64,000 nucleotides of DNA. Source: Psammoneis japonica. Taxonomy: Eukaryota. This document shows, one piece after another, positions 37,495 to 51,147 of this stretch. Position 1 is the first letter of the stretch. The number at the start of each line of letters is the position of its first letter. The stretch lies in contig QPGO01000104.1 in NCBI GenBank assembly GCA_008632985.1, forward strand, positions 124,001 through 188,000, read 5' to 3'. A program made the position numbers and the translations under genes. The notes beneath the pieces are model-generated. The model had not been told where the DNA came from. It did no database searches and worked only from the letters and a program-made list of their open reading frames with translations.

Positions 37495-38148
37495 AATTGT
37501 TATATTAGAGATTCAACTTTCACAATACGTCAGAGAAAAAGGTATTTCGCGAGGAGGTAACTTACGTTTTTGCTGCTAATCTGATCCAGCTCTCTGGAAT
37601 GTCTGGATGAAAATCGACGACTCATCTCTCACGAGTTGAAGAATACGTTGCGTTGTGTGTTCTACGGTATGTGTGTTTGTTGTGGAAAGCAAGTAACAGA
37701 TACTGTCGTAATCTCACACATAAAAGAGGCAAGGAACTCCGACGGTCACCTCAAAGATCGTCCTTCATTTTATTGGCATGCAGAATTTTTTTGGAATTTT
37801 GGATTTGCGTTATATTCATATTCACTGCTTTAGCATTTATATATATCCCTGCTTATTTTTCACGAGCTCTAATTTGCACAGAAGCCACACGCTGGTTTCT
37901 GTGCATTTACGTAGATTTTGTACCAATCGCATCGTAGAGGGGTGCTGTTCGCCGGCCCTGACGAACTCTTTCTCAGACATAAAATACTTTTCACGACGGC
38001 CGGCACATGACTGCCGGCTCGGTGGACACGTTTCGAGTGCGTTTTCACGTAGATCCTACTGCAGATGTAGGCACTCAGATTTAATTCGGTACAAATCTAT
38101 GCAGGATTTTGCGTAGGGTGCACACGAGCCACCAGGTGGTTCGTGTCA

Positions 38149-39680
38149 CTCCCTCGGATCGTAACATATTTCAACTGGCGCACAGAGAGATTTCTACGTG
38201 ATTTCTACGTACCTCGTACGAATCACGTAGCCGTAATAGCACAAAACGTCTGGCCTCCACCCCAATCCCATGCCGGCAACACTCCACACTCCCGCCCATT
38301 TATTGCACCGGCCGGCACCAAGAGGTTCGATTCTCTCATGCTTTTGAACTTCATTCAGCACCCCGTCTACTCACCACCAGTCCAAAACAACACGAGTGCA
38401 TCTCTTTCAACTGGAAAGTTGATTGACAGAAGAGTGAAGAAAGACCTCTTTCAGAACTTTTGCTCTCTTGACTGTGCCAGCATGATGCAAGTGTGACGAA
38501 TCGGGAAACTCGGGTCGAGTCGTCGACACGGCCGGATTGAAGTCAAAAGGAGGTCCGAAGGAAAACAAAACAAATGAAGAGCCAAGAGAGTTGCAACAAG
38601 ACTGTGAAAAGATGCCAGCTCGATTCCCAGACAAAGGTGACTCGATGCAAAAAATCGACACTGCTCATTGCATGGAGTGATCTGAGTGACAAACCCCGGC
38701 CAATCGCACGACACTTTGCACCTCGGGCAAGAACAAAGCCCACCCAACAGTGTCTGAACAATTCCCACAGGAGTGATGTTTCTGTCACCAATCTTCTCCA
38801 AATCAAACATTGCCAGCACAACCACGCACACGTCCTTTTCCCACCTGCAAATGCTCCTTGAAACCAACTGATCCACCACGAATGACATTGTTGTAACCTG
38901 CAAAGATGTCCTCCAAGAGATTGATGTCTTTCGACCTCCCAATGACACCAAGTTTTCTGGGTTGTCAAATGGATCAGGGTGTCCACAATGTCATCGGATG
39001 CAGAGAGGTCTTCAAGGAATTTCTTGCAAGGCCACCCAGCTTGCCAGAGAACTCACACACCGTGTTTTAATGCATGATCCATGAACACCACTGTTTGCAT
39101 CATCAACATGTTCCACAAAGTAAATCATGAGGCCCTTTCATGGGGAAGAATCTGCGCGCGGACCGAGAAACAAACAGAGTGAGTGTCGGACCGCTGTCGT
39201 CTGTTGGAAACACACCAACCACGAGCCGCGACATCCAGAGCTCGTCTCAAACACTCCAAAGGTGCCGCGCACATCAGCGCCTTTCATCTGTGTTTGTTGT
39301 GAAACGAGTGAGGCACAGGCAAAGGGATGAGAGGAGGGAAACAACAACAAACTCGACAAAACATGCCGGAACGACGACAACAGCAGCAGACTCATGCACC
39401 GAAGGAATCGAAATCGACATTCTTGCGCGGAGCGGTGCTTGTCAAAATTCAGCCAACACGCAATGGTGCCATGGACAAATGTCGACAATGTCCTGAGTGA
39501 CTCACCTCGTGAAAACAGGTGACAACGACGGTGGACGCGAAACAAATTCGCCATGGTGGCCACGCAAATTCTGCGCAGAATTTTTCGTTTTTGTGCCAGG
39601 AACCAAAAAAATCGCACGTTGCGATTTTTTTAAGCTGTGCCAGTTAGCCTGGTACAGCGTTATGTTACGATCCGTGGGAG
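38149..39680. mobile_element. Non-autonomous TIR element (~1.5 kb), interior TpA-depleted
   Basis: 20-bp TIR with 1 mismatch: ctccctcggatcgtaacata (38149-38168) and tatgttacgatccgtgggag (39661-39680). The CTCCC terminus is mariner/Stowaway-like; no clean TSD. Confidence 0.7.
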
Positions 39681-40287
39681 GTCTTCTCTGTCTTCTTCCG
39701 TACCACTTACAGACCTCCCAGTTGGGAGTGGGTTCGTGTGCATAAGCAGGGATATTTTTAAAAGTCCATCCAGATATCCTGTCTGCCCTTCTGTCCACTT
39801 GTTTACGTAGAGACTGGTACTACTGTACAAGCCTGCGTTTGCCGCAATCGAAAGCTCACAAAACGCCATACTTGACGTCATTATTTTGCATTTTCAGACG
39901 CGTCGATGTGGGGTGTTCGCATAGTGATGCTGCAACGTAGAATCCACGATCATTCAGTACCAGAAAATAGGGAACTTCTGAAGGGCTCTGACGTCTGTTG
40001 ATTTATTTAGCTCGGGCTCAGCCAACGAGAGTTCCGTATCGGCGGGATTCCATCAATGTACTGCTGTACATTTCTACGTGCTTTGGAAGATTTTCTGTCT
40101 TTTCCACGCAGTTTCTCGTAGAAATGGTAGAAAAATCACAGAGGCAAAATCCAGTGTCACTTTTTGAGGATTGCCACTTTTTTTATGCCGGCAGAAAGAA
40201 ACGCATGAGCCTGACATCCGATTCATTACTTGTAGCCCAAATAGAATATAAACATGGTGGTCGCAACAACAAAACCAAGTAAGAGTG

Positions 40288-41166
40288 ATGGTAAGTCCGT
40301 GTAGAGAGTTGGTGTTTTGTATGTTTTGAATTGCGGCTGCAATTGTTGGAAGAAACTGTCTCGTCGTGTTGGTGTTGAGTTGAATCGTACACGCGTCGAA
40401 GATGCTGTATTTATTACTCATGCTCACACTCATATTCTACTATCAATAGACAAGGCTCCAGTCAAGGCCAAGTTGAGTAGCATCAAGAAGGCAAACACAA
40501 ATAATCAAACGAGTCCTCAGGTTCCCGTGTCGCCCAATTCGTCGCTGTCGCTCGAAGATGAGGTCTTGGCTCTTCGTGCTCGCAACAAAATCCTTACGGA
40601 TGCTCTAAAAGCCGTAGAAGAAGCTGCCACTGAGCAGCTTAAAACCAACTTTGATCTCGTTTGGTTTGCTAGAAATCGCAGTAAGTACTTGTTGTTGCTG
40701 TGACGTGTGTTACGTGTGTTGCGGGACTGCTTGCCGTTGTTGTAATCCTTGGTGATGCTTACACATATACATTATGAAATATCATTCTAGACCGCTATCC
40801 CAATCATGACATGTCGAAAAGGCTCGAGTCATCGGAAGAGCACCGCACCGAGATTGAAAAGCTCCGTAGCAACGAGGGTGATTACCATCACGGGTTTCAT
40901 TGCGGTTTGCTTGCGGCGTCTCGCATGTTTAAGGACCACTCGGATATTTTGCATGTCAATGAAGTTGAGGTACGTAAGCAGTGTAGCTGCTTCTAAGATA
41001 TGAGTTTATAGGTGATCTCTGTCCTAGTCAGTCGCATTGACGAGCCTTTTTGTTTCAGGAACTCACGGATGAAATGAGAAACAAGGCTCAGCAGCACGCC
41101 GAAAAGATTACGAAAAGCCGCAAGTCCTTTCCCAATCTTTCCGTGGAGGAGATTCCCAACTTGTAA
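40288..41166 (+). CDS. Hypothetical protein with coiled coil (..FDLVWFARNR..GDYHHGFHCGLLAASR..), 4 exons
   Basis: ATG followed by a GTAAG intron; further GT-AG introns at ~40681-40790 and ~40970-41058. Confidence 0.65.
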
Positions 41167-41565
41167 ATAAACGTTTGTGTATGCTTTGGCTGCGGAGATT
41201 GAATGCGGTTATGCTTCTTCTTGATGATGTGACGTACCGCTGCTCGGCTTAGGATTTGCTACGCAATGTACATACATATCTACTGCCTACTACATACTTA
41301 GTTTTTCATTTAGCTGCTACCGGTACAATCCTCTTCTCATCTTCTGTGCTGCCATTCTAATGATGTCAACCATGCGTTTCTGTTTCGTCGATTCTTTCGA
41401 TCGCCATGTCTAAACTATGAGCACCATGCGAGAGCGCCACATCATGGATCCGAGGAAGACTGAGACTCGAACAGAAGCTACTCTCTGAACAAGGCTGTCT
41501 ACTTATCCAAACTATCTCAAAGGTAGTAGTGCTAACCCGTTCTAGAATGGCGCGCTTTATCCCTA

Positions 41566-44398
41566 CTACAAGGAGCCTTCACTTTGCAACAGCTCGGCCG
41601 CAAATTCACATCCCACCGGCACGACACCCTTCTTTCGCAGTGCGGACACCAGATCCGTCAAGGCTATAGTCTCTTCGGTCTTTGCATTGAGATCCTTGAG
41701 CTTACATTTTTCGTCCTTGGCTTCTTCTTCGCCGACAATTGCCATGAATGGAATGGCGCGATCAAGCGCATTCGTGATCTCGTACTTGAGTTTTGGGTTG
41801 TCTTGTTGACTAAACTCAGCACTAATCTTGGAATCCCACAAGAGCTTGGCGACCTTCATGCGTTCCTTCATCATGCCTTCTCCGACGGTTGCAATGAGAA
41901 CCTTGACGTTTGGTTGCTTGATAGATCCGCCTTGCTCTTCGCGGAGTCTGTTGTGGATCATTACGAGGGGACAGTCAAAAAGGTGAACAACAAAGTGTTA
42001 GATACTTCCCCTCCCATATTTTTGCTGACACCTTCACAAAAACAACACTATGAGCATATCCAAAAAGTTACAAGTAATACATACCTTGCTTCCATCAAAG
42101 TAAAGACACGTTCAATTCCGACACTAACACCAACACAGGGCGTGACTTTACCAGCTTCTTGAAACATGGATACCAAATTATCATATCGTCCGCCACCTCC
42201 AATACTACCAACCTGCGTGTTGCCGCTCATACACACTGCTTCATAAATGACACCGGTATAGTAGTCTAAACCGCGTGCCAGACTCAAATCGAAAGAAATA
42301 AACTGAAGTTTGCCCATGGCGTCGAGATAGTCGAATAGAATACGCAGATCCTCCATTGCCTCCAAGGCACCAGCGTGCTTTCCGAACCGTTCTGAATCCA
42401 TCAGCTCCTTGTAAAGAGCCATGGGAGCACCCTTGTTAAGCACAAATTTGCCAATCTTGTCCGCCACTTCGGGTTGCAATCCCTTGTCTTGAACCATTTC
42501 GCGCTTGACTTCCTCCCACGGTTCCTTGTCCAGCTTGTCGACTGCAGAGCAAATAGTACGAAACTTGTCAGCCGGTACACCGGACAAGTCCAAAATGGCA
42601 TCCAACAGGCATCGGTGATTGAGTTTGATACCAAAGTCCCAATGGGCAAGGCATCCAAAATATCACACACAACCGCTACACACTCGGCATCGGGAACCAT
42701 GCGTCCGTAGTTGCCCGCAATGTCAAAATCACATTGATAAAATTCCCGATAACGGCCACGAGCCAAAGCCGGCTGATCACGGCGGTACACTTTACCAATG
42801 TGGAATCGCTTAATGTTTCCCACCGAATTCAAAGCCAAGAAACGTGCAAACGGCACAGTCAAGTCGTATCGCAGAGCCAACAATTCTCCACCTTGATCCG
42901 CCAAGTCATAAATCAACTTGGAGTCCTCTCCGTACTTTCCCGTCAATGTTTCCTTGAGTTCAAAGACGGGCGTATCAATTTCCACCGCCCCGTGAGATTC
43001 AAAGACTCGCCGAATAATACCAAAGGCCTGTTGACGAATCATCATTTGTTCCGGCAGATAGTCTCTTGTACCCTTGGGAATCTTTGGCTTTCGCTGTGCA
43101 CCACCCGATTGGAGTTTCTCGACAATGGCTTGTACTTGTTCCAATGTATCTTGTGATGCAATGGACGAAGACTGCAGAATTTGAACAATGGGCATGGTTC
43201 CGGCACCAAACGGACTCTTGCTGGAGGACTGTTTGGCAGCAGCCTTTTTCTTGGCCTTGGCTTCCTTTTCGGCACGCTTCTTTTTAATCTTGGCAATCTG
43301 CGCTTCAGTCAAACCATCAAACTCGTCCTTGTTGCTGGACCCCTGATTTGCGGCTGCCGCAGCACGAGCCGCCTTGGCTGCCTCCTTTTGCCGTGCCTCT
43401 TCTGTGACACGTTGCGTTTCTTGCGTGACAAAGTCGCATCCCATCTTTGATTCCATTTCCATAGCCTCCCTTAAGCTCTCAACTGCTGCAGTCAGCGTCG
43501 CGGATTCTGTTATAGGACTGTTGGTTCGCTGACGCGATGCCGTATCCAACGTGACGACGGCAGCCATGGCTTGCTTGAGTGCAAGTGAAACAACCGTATC
43601 ATCCATCACCTCGGACGTACAAGTCGGAAAACAATTTAGTTCCAACTCGATCGTCTTGTACACGTCCTTGAGAGACTCAAGAGATGGTCCGTTTTGTTGT
43701 GGAATCAATTCACTTGCATTGCTACTGCTACTCGGACTCTTTTGCGGTGTCGCGTACTTGCTCCCATTCAAAATGGCTCGCAGAGCTGCCGCCGCCGTGA
43801 CCAATCCCTTATGAGGTCGGTTGGTATCAAAGTTGACTTCGGCATAGGCAGAAAGGTTGGCAGACGTGCGCTCGGCCGATAAAGCGCCAATCGGTGTCGC
43901 CAGGTTGGCAAAGTTGGTGGCTGCAACGATATTCATACTGGCGGTTGCCAATTGAATGCAACGAGACACGAGCTGCTCCGAGATGCATGACTGGATTGGT
44001 TCACCACAAGCTGCCGTCAGAGCATCTACAAGTTGACCAGCATCCGAAGTAAGTGGTTTTGCTGCATCGCCAGCATCCACAGTGCCGTTGACGATCCCCA
44101 CTAGAGTCGAAACCACGCTTTTGCTTTTCTCGGCACTCGCAAAACGTTCCTGAGCTATACTGAAGGCCAACAGAGTCAACGTTACAATCGATACTGATAC
44201 AGACAAGGCAGGTGAATCATCACTGATTGACAATTTTGAGAGCGCCTCAGTCACGTTTGTTTCGGTTGCTTCACTTTCTTCTTGTTGTTCATCCGTCGGT
44301 TCAAAGAGCTCCAGAGCAGATGCCCGGTCGACGGCTAGTGACTGCAGTTCTTCGAGCGTCACTCGACGGCCCTTTCCAACCAAGATTGTTCGCTTCAT
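41566..44398 (-). CDS. HARS: Cytosolic histidyl-tRNA synthetase with long N-terminal extension
   Basis: [48 protein letters not shown] and SVGIER motifs; intron ~41963-42084; frameshift ~42630. Confidence 0.95.
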
Positions 44399-45403
44399 GA
44401 TGGTACTTTATTATGTGCTCAATCTCCACACAACTCTTTCAGAGACTGTTGAAACGGGTTGCACGACACGTTCGGGGAGTGAAGAAGCAGGAATAAAATG
44501 AGGCGAAGATGTGGCGCATGAAAAAATCCGCGAAACAGCAACCATTCAAATTCGTGTAGAACGGGTACCAACATGCACGGCTGGTATTTGAGACCGTAGA
44601 ACCTACAGTGATTGTTCGAAGGAATCGAATATTGGAGACAGCCAGACGAAATGGCGGGAAATTCAATATCAAAAAATCAGAAAAATATACTATATAGATG
44701 CGAATAAACTCAATACCGATACTTAGGAATTTTCCAAGTCAAAATTTCATACAAACCACTATCGTGAAAAGACTGAAATTTCTGAATATCGATTGTATAT
44801 AGATTCGATAGAAAACAATCAATCTTTCGATTTTGTATGTGCTCTGTTTGATCGCGGAATTGTCGCCGATACAATATTCGCCTCAAAACTGATATTCACA
44901 TTACTATCACAATAGAGAATGTTTCAGCGAAAGCCGAGTGGGAGCAAAATTTGCTTCAACGTGGAACCGCTTCTGCGGAGTCGAGGTAAATGAGTGGCTC
45001 TCCGCGACTTGCCCATCAAACCGAACGCTTTTGGTCCACGATTCGAAAGATGCCAATGATGCTCGATCTTTCTCGGATTGGATCTTTGGATTAGCAAGAA
45101 TATAACAAAAAGTAAAAAGCCATACTGTAGCAACGCAAAACAACAACACCAAGAACGAAGGGTGCAGGGCAAACTAGCTAGAATAGTAGTAGAAGAATCC
45201 ATTCTAAAACGTAGTTAATTCCATTACCTCTAGTATAAGATCCATTACGTCGTTTATATTATTAATTCAATCGTTCAAATTAACCTAGCATCCGGGACAA
45301 CAAAATGGACAGATAGGTGGATATAGCAATTCCCTAACTGAAACAACCACAAGACAAATATGTATAGTTCTGGTGAGTGTCATGACGAGTCCCCGATCAA
45401 TTC

Positions 45404-46476
45404 TTAGAACCTGGTCATGAAGCCACCGGCATCTCCTCCGAGTACCACTTCGGATCCATTGTCGGTAGATCCGACAAGGTAAGGCTCGACCCAAGCAGTC
45501 ATTGGGAACTCAACAGTTGCAGAGTTAACAACACGGACAACATTTCCACTTCCTGGGGTCTCAATCACCATGAAAAAGGGACGATCCATACCGTCTTCCG
45601 TGTAAAGCTCTACAACTTGCTTGTTGTTGTTGGGACCTTGCAACAACTCAATACGAGCATTCAGTGGACGACCGTCAGTCTTCAACAAGATGCGCACGCT
45701 CTCAACAGATGGCTCAAAGGGGTAAGTACGAAGGGCTCCACCTTGAATAATCTGGGATTCTTGCATATCGGAGGAGTAAGCGGCAGCCAACGGACCGGCG
45801 GGGTCCTCGCTGGCATCTGCGGCAACGTGGGCGGCCAAGGGAAATTCGAGCTGTCCAGTGTTGCGAATAGCAATGGTGTTGGGTCCACGGGGAGTCTCAA
45901 TCACAGCCTTGAAAGGGCGAAGACTTCCGTCCTCAACGTACACACGCATTCTGTGCGGGGTGTTATCGGGTCCTTGCCACAATTCGACATCAGCGTCAAG
46001 AGGACGACCTTCGGTTCCCAAAACAACCTGGACGCGCTCCACAGCGGGGTTGGCAAACGACCAAGTCTTGAGGGATCCTCCCTGCACCGTGACAGTGCTC
46101 TTCTTTACGACAGTCCTCTTGATGGGCGATCCGCCGCCGGGTCCAGGACGACCAGCGGGAACAGGAGCCTTGCCCTTTTCAAGAGCAGCGAGACGCTGTT
46201 CCAGCTTGTCCTCCAAGGCTTTCTGTAATACAAAGAGTGAATAGCAAAACGCGTGAGAAACAAGTCACAAAACATCAGTACGGTCATTATACACGAGATT
46301 CAACGTACGGATTGGAGACCAGGATCGAGACCCGCTTCGCCATCGCCGAGGCTCTCTAGGTAAGAGAATTTGCTCGTCTGCGGTCCGGAGAACGTGAGAG
46401 ACTTGGGCGACTGGCTGATAAAAGCAGCAGCATGGGAAGCACAGAGAGTAAGGATAGCGGCACCGTAAATCTTCAT
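45404..46476 (-). CDS. Conserved algal protein of unknown function with internal duplication ([21 protein letters not shown]), probably plastid-targeted; paralog 1
   Basis: MKIYGAAILTLCASHAAAF presequence; intron ~46223-46308; inverted paralog at 49384-50489. Confidence 0.85.
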
Positions 46477-46639
46477 TGTAGCTTTGATCGAAAGAACAAA
46501 AACAAAATTGTGTGTTGATGTTTTGTGTCGGTTGATTTTATGAGCGATGCAGTTCGGCACATCTACAACGAACTTTAATCGCCAGCCGACATACGAGCGC
46601 TTCGTAGAATGTACGTGTTTGACTTCGCATATCGAGACA

Positions 46640-49160
46640 CGCTTACGTCAGAAGATGAAGCAACGTCACTCAGTACTAAATGTTGGCGGAGATATTGACG
46701 TCATCATCGCTCGGTTTGCGAACTGATGTCATTATTCATTCACAACGATCTAAATCAACGCTCGTACAGTTAAATCACGAACACTAAATAGCATATAACG
46801 CTTGATAAACGTTAAATTTGGTGAATATCTTATCTACATCGACATAGATAATTACAAACATATCGCAAGCAATCTGTTTTTGGTGGCGGAAATTCTGGCC
46901 GTGGTACGATTTGTATTCAAAAATCAAAATGAAAGATTTGCGTCCGAATCTTGTCGCGGTGTCTCCCGCCAACAGCCACTTTCGTTGAGGTTGCATCTGG
47001 CGCCACATTATGAACGGATTGTAACTTGCGTGACAATCTGTCGATACGCATTTCGACAACGGTACGAGTTTTACCAATGGAGTGCGAGCCTTGGTCATGA
47101 ACCCTGGTCAACTCGAGTCCTCCGACAAATGTCAGCTTGGTCTTGGTCCCCGTTGCCGCTTTCAGTGATCTCTCGACGATGCGATTCGAAATGAATAACA
47201 AAAAGAAGCCCTTGTAGTTCTAGCTGTACAACGACAACGCACGTTCGTACGTCACTGCCAAAATGAGGAGGTATGGCAGCCCCCCTGATTGTTTCTGAAG
47301 TAAACAGAGCTCCTTCACCTACATTTCCTCTCAAGACTCGTGTCAACGCAGATCAACATCTCGACTTGAATTCTCTTCCATGGCAGTAGACCCATTTTCG
47401 ATGACGGACGTCGTACGTCATTACGCAATTCATTGTACCGTCTGGCGCATATAAGGTTGTTGCTTGTCTTCAAACTCGAGTCAGGATACTATCATGATAC
47501 TGGATCGATCCAGAAGATACGTGGTGATATCAAGGTCGACTCCACACCAAATTCCAGCCAACGGCACTGAACCATTCTGACTGCAAGAGACGACACGTGG
47601 GTTTTACGACTGAATGATACTACGGCACTCGAACTGCGATATATCTCGAAGAGTAGCTTTATCGTCAGAGTTTATACGGGGCTTTTCCTTCTTAGAGTGG
47701 TGGGTGGTGGGTTTGTGAGCTCTACGGCCAATCCGTGCTAGTGACGACTAGGGACTACTCTATGTTGACGGAAGATACTTACATTTCAGATGGATTGTGA
47801 TATAGGAATGTGGGATGACGGGGGTCTCTCTGGCGCAACATGTGAACCGTCTTTGAATTGTTAACTCCATCCTATGTGGAATAATGTGAGCTCAGAATCG
47901 ATACCTCGCTCTACTTCTTGGAATCACAGCCGAAAGAAACGACAACGGGTACGGCAGATAGGAGATAACGGGAAAAACTTGTCAACCACCCTCGTTCAGT
48001 CCTTCTGAAATTCACTATGAGCCTTGGTATTGTATCACTGGAAGCAAAACGGATGAAAATGGGTCGCAGAAGAAGGCAACTCGAGGCGGTTGAACGAAGC
48101 CAGAGGCATATCTTGCAGTCTTGCGACTTTTCTGAGCACTTCTGGGGCAAGAAAAGAAACAGAGTCGACTAGTATGCTTCATAGATGCGAGGTGAAGTGT
48201 TTTAGATCCTAGTTCAAGCCAGTTACAGGTGTTTCTCGCGGTCTTGGAACTTGGAACGAAACACTAGAGTTCTTGGAGTATTAGCAACACATCTAAAATG
48301 CCGCGACTTTCACTATAAGTATCTACTATTATTACTTCATATACTACTGCACTTGATTCACTTTTTTAAAGCATTATAGCAAGCAAGGATCCAGTCTAGA
48401 GTACCATTCTCTCGAGGTTAGGAGAGCTCCGATGCTCTAGCTACTAGCTAGAGACTATTTGGTCGGCATCCAGCATCCAGCGTCCTTCGCGAACCACAAG
48501 ACAGACGGCCAGAATGCTGAACGAATCAGAAATCGCCAAACCCTTGACACGGTCAGGGTGACGTATGTTCTTCCGGTTTCGGGATCATGACGTGTGCCTG
48601 TCCGCAATCGAGAAGTTTTGACGTACGTTTCTCCGCTTGACCATCCTACTTTGTGACCAACTACAACGTCTGTCTTCCACCCTATGATGCTAAGATCATA
48701 CTGATTCCTACTTAGCTGATCGTTACCGCCTCCTTTGATCACGCTTCTCATGTCTGTCTGCGTTCCCTATTTTTATAGGTTAGCTACTGGTTCTAAAGAG
48801 CGATACACAAATCTGACGTGGGTGAATTTTGGAACACGAAGAATCCCGCCAAAATGTCTCTACGAACCGTTCAACGCATATTTGCTGTCAGCGTTACTTA
48901 ACGCATGCGTTGAGCTACAAATATTTTTAAGGGAATTGTATACTCGTATGACTGACGCCCTATCGCTAATTCTTTCTCGTTGCGAGACAACTCTACGTAA
49001 GCAGGGGCAGAAGCAGATACGTCAGCGCTTCTCACTCCAAATTTTCACTTGCCGTAGAAACATACTGCGATCCTACAGAGAGAGGTTTTGGTCCCTCCTG
49101 AGAAAGTTTGGCCACATCATCTTTGCGGACGATGAAGTCAGAGCTTCCGCTGACGTGGAC
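46640..49160. promoter_or_regulatory. Divergent promoter region with 11 TGACGT/ACGTCA (bZIP/aureochrome-type) sites
   Basis: Sites at 46645, 46663, 46696, 47249, 47415, 48559, 48588, 48619, 48814, 49019 and 49151. Confidence 0.55.
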
Positions 49161-49383
49161 TGTGTAGCTCAATACCAGATTGTACAGAGACAAAGTGAGG
49201 TCAATGTGATGTCATGAAGGTGTTCTCCGCCTTCATTGGTACCGAGACTTACGTATGCGAAAAATCCTCCATCCGTTTGCGGCTCTGCACGAGTCTTCTC
49301 ACAAAATTCAACGTGACAGGTATTTTTGGTTTTACCAACCTCCCTCCACTATTTTTTATACAGCAGTTGTGTGTTGATTGACG

Positions 49384-50489
49384 ATGAAGTTCTACGGTGC
49401 CGCTCTCCTTGCGCTTTGCGCTACCCAATCTGCAGCCTTTGCTCCACAGCCGGCCAAGACGCTCACATCTCAGCGATTCTCGTACTTGGGAAGTCTCAAC
49501 GCAGAGGTCCCCGGGGTTTCGGCCGACAGCAAAACTGTACGTGTCAAGCTACACGAGACGTTGATGTCTCTTGATGTATGGCTCTGTCTGAGTCTGTCTG
49601 GTTTGTGTAGACGCGTCTCTCTAACGTATGCCTTGTTTCTGTACTATGAATTGGTCCTTGTTCCTACTTTTTAGCGCGCTCTTGAACAAAAGCTCGAACA
49701 ACGTCTCGCTTCTCTCGAGAAAGGTGGACCACAGGGTGCTCCTATCCAGGGCCGTGGTCCCATGGGCAAGGCCAAGGTTGTTGTTGACAATGGCGTAACT
49801 GTCCAGGGAGGATCCCTCAAGACTTGGTCCTTCCCCAACCCCGCTGTCGAGAGAGTGCAGGTTGTTTTGGGAACGGAAGGACGTCCTCTTGACGCCGATG
49901 TCGAATTGTGGCAGGGCCCCGACAACACTCCCCACAAGATGCGTGTCTATGTCGAGGACGGCTCGGTCGCCCCTTCAAGGCTGTGATTGAGACTCCCCGT
50001 GGCCCCAACACGATTGCGATCCGCAACACGGGTCAGCTTGAGTTTCCGTTGGCGGCCTATGTCGCGGACGACGCGACGGGTCCTACCGGTCCGTTGGCTG
50101 CTGCCAACGCGTCTGACATGCAGAACCCAATGACCATTCAAGGTGGAGCTCTTCGTACATACCCGTTTGATCCTTCTGTCGACAGTGTCCGTGTTTTGCT
50201 AAAGACTGATGGCCGTCCTCTGAATGCCAGAATCGAGTTGTTGCAAGGTCCCAACAACAACAAGCAAGTCGTGGAACTGTACACCGAAGATGGTCTGGAC
50301 CGTCCCTTCTTTATGGTCATTGAGACCCCAGGAAGTGGAAATGTTGTCCGAGTTGTGAACTCTGCTACCGTTGAGTTCCCGTTGACCGCTTGGGTGGAGC
50401 CATACCTTGTCGGGTCTACCGATAATGGTTCGGATGTTGTGATGGGCGGTGATGCCGGTGGTTTCATGTCTAGCGGCCGCCGCTGGTAA
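49384..50489 (+). CDS. Paralog 2 of the conserved algal protein (frameshift ~49965)
   Basis: [21 protein letters not shown] presequence; intron ~49537-49674; near-identical core to 45404-46476. Confidence 0.85.
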
Positions 50490-51147
50490 AGTGCATTTAA
50501 CAAGAAGGGGGCGACACGCGCACTAGTGTCACTTCTTTGGGGATTGCCTTTTGCTGCAAAGTCTGAATGGCGGATGGTACAGTAGATTACGCTCTCTCCG
50601 GCGTTCGTTTTTGTATTCGTTTCGTTTTACCTTAGATTACGGTGAGATGATGTGTAACGGGTAAAAGAGAGGTATAAATGCATATATTAGTTGTTAAATT
50701 ATTGGCTTGTGAGTCTATTACAGTCTAGTTTTGTTTGTTGGGTGTTTGTGAGATTTGACTGTGGCCAATTCCGTTGGATGGGTCCCTACATCATGGTTGA
50801 TGGCCATCACTTGGGCTTGACATCAAACTTCGGATTCGCCCCATCCACACGATTTGCCGCCAAAAACCCAAAACAGCGAGCACTTTCCAAGGACGTAATC
50901 ACGAGCCAACTGACGTACTTTTTGTGCGCACGTGTCAACTTCACGTGGTTCGCTCGCCAACTGTTTTGACCTTAAGTAAATTAGTCGAATGATTCGATTG
51001 CAGATTCGCAACTTCAACTTGGGAAGAGGTCGTAAAAACGAGCTCGTGATTGCCGATGTCATTGGATGCAAGTTTTGCACCGAACACATCACCGCAACAA
51101 CATCACCGCATTGAGAGAACAACTCTATAGAACAACAAAACGAAACA

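Noticed and set aside
38122..38146. Helitron 3' hairpin (acacgagccaccaggtggttcgtgt)
   Set aside because: The hairpin is real, but there is no properly placed CTRR end and no Rep/helicase evidence.
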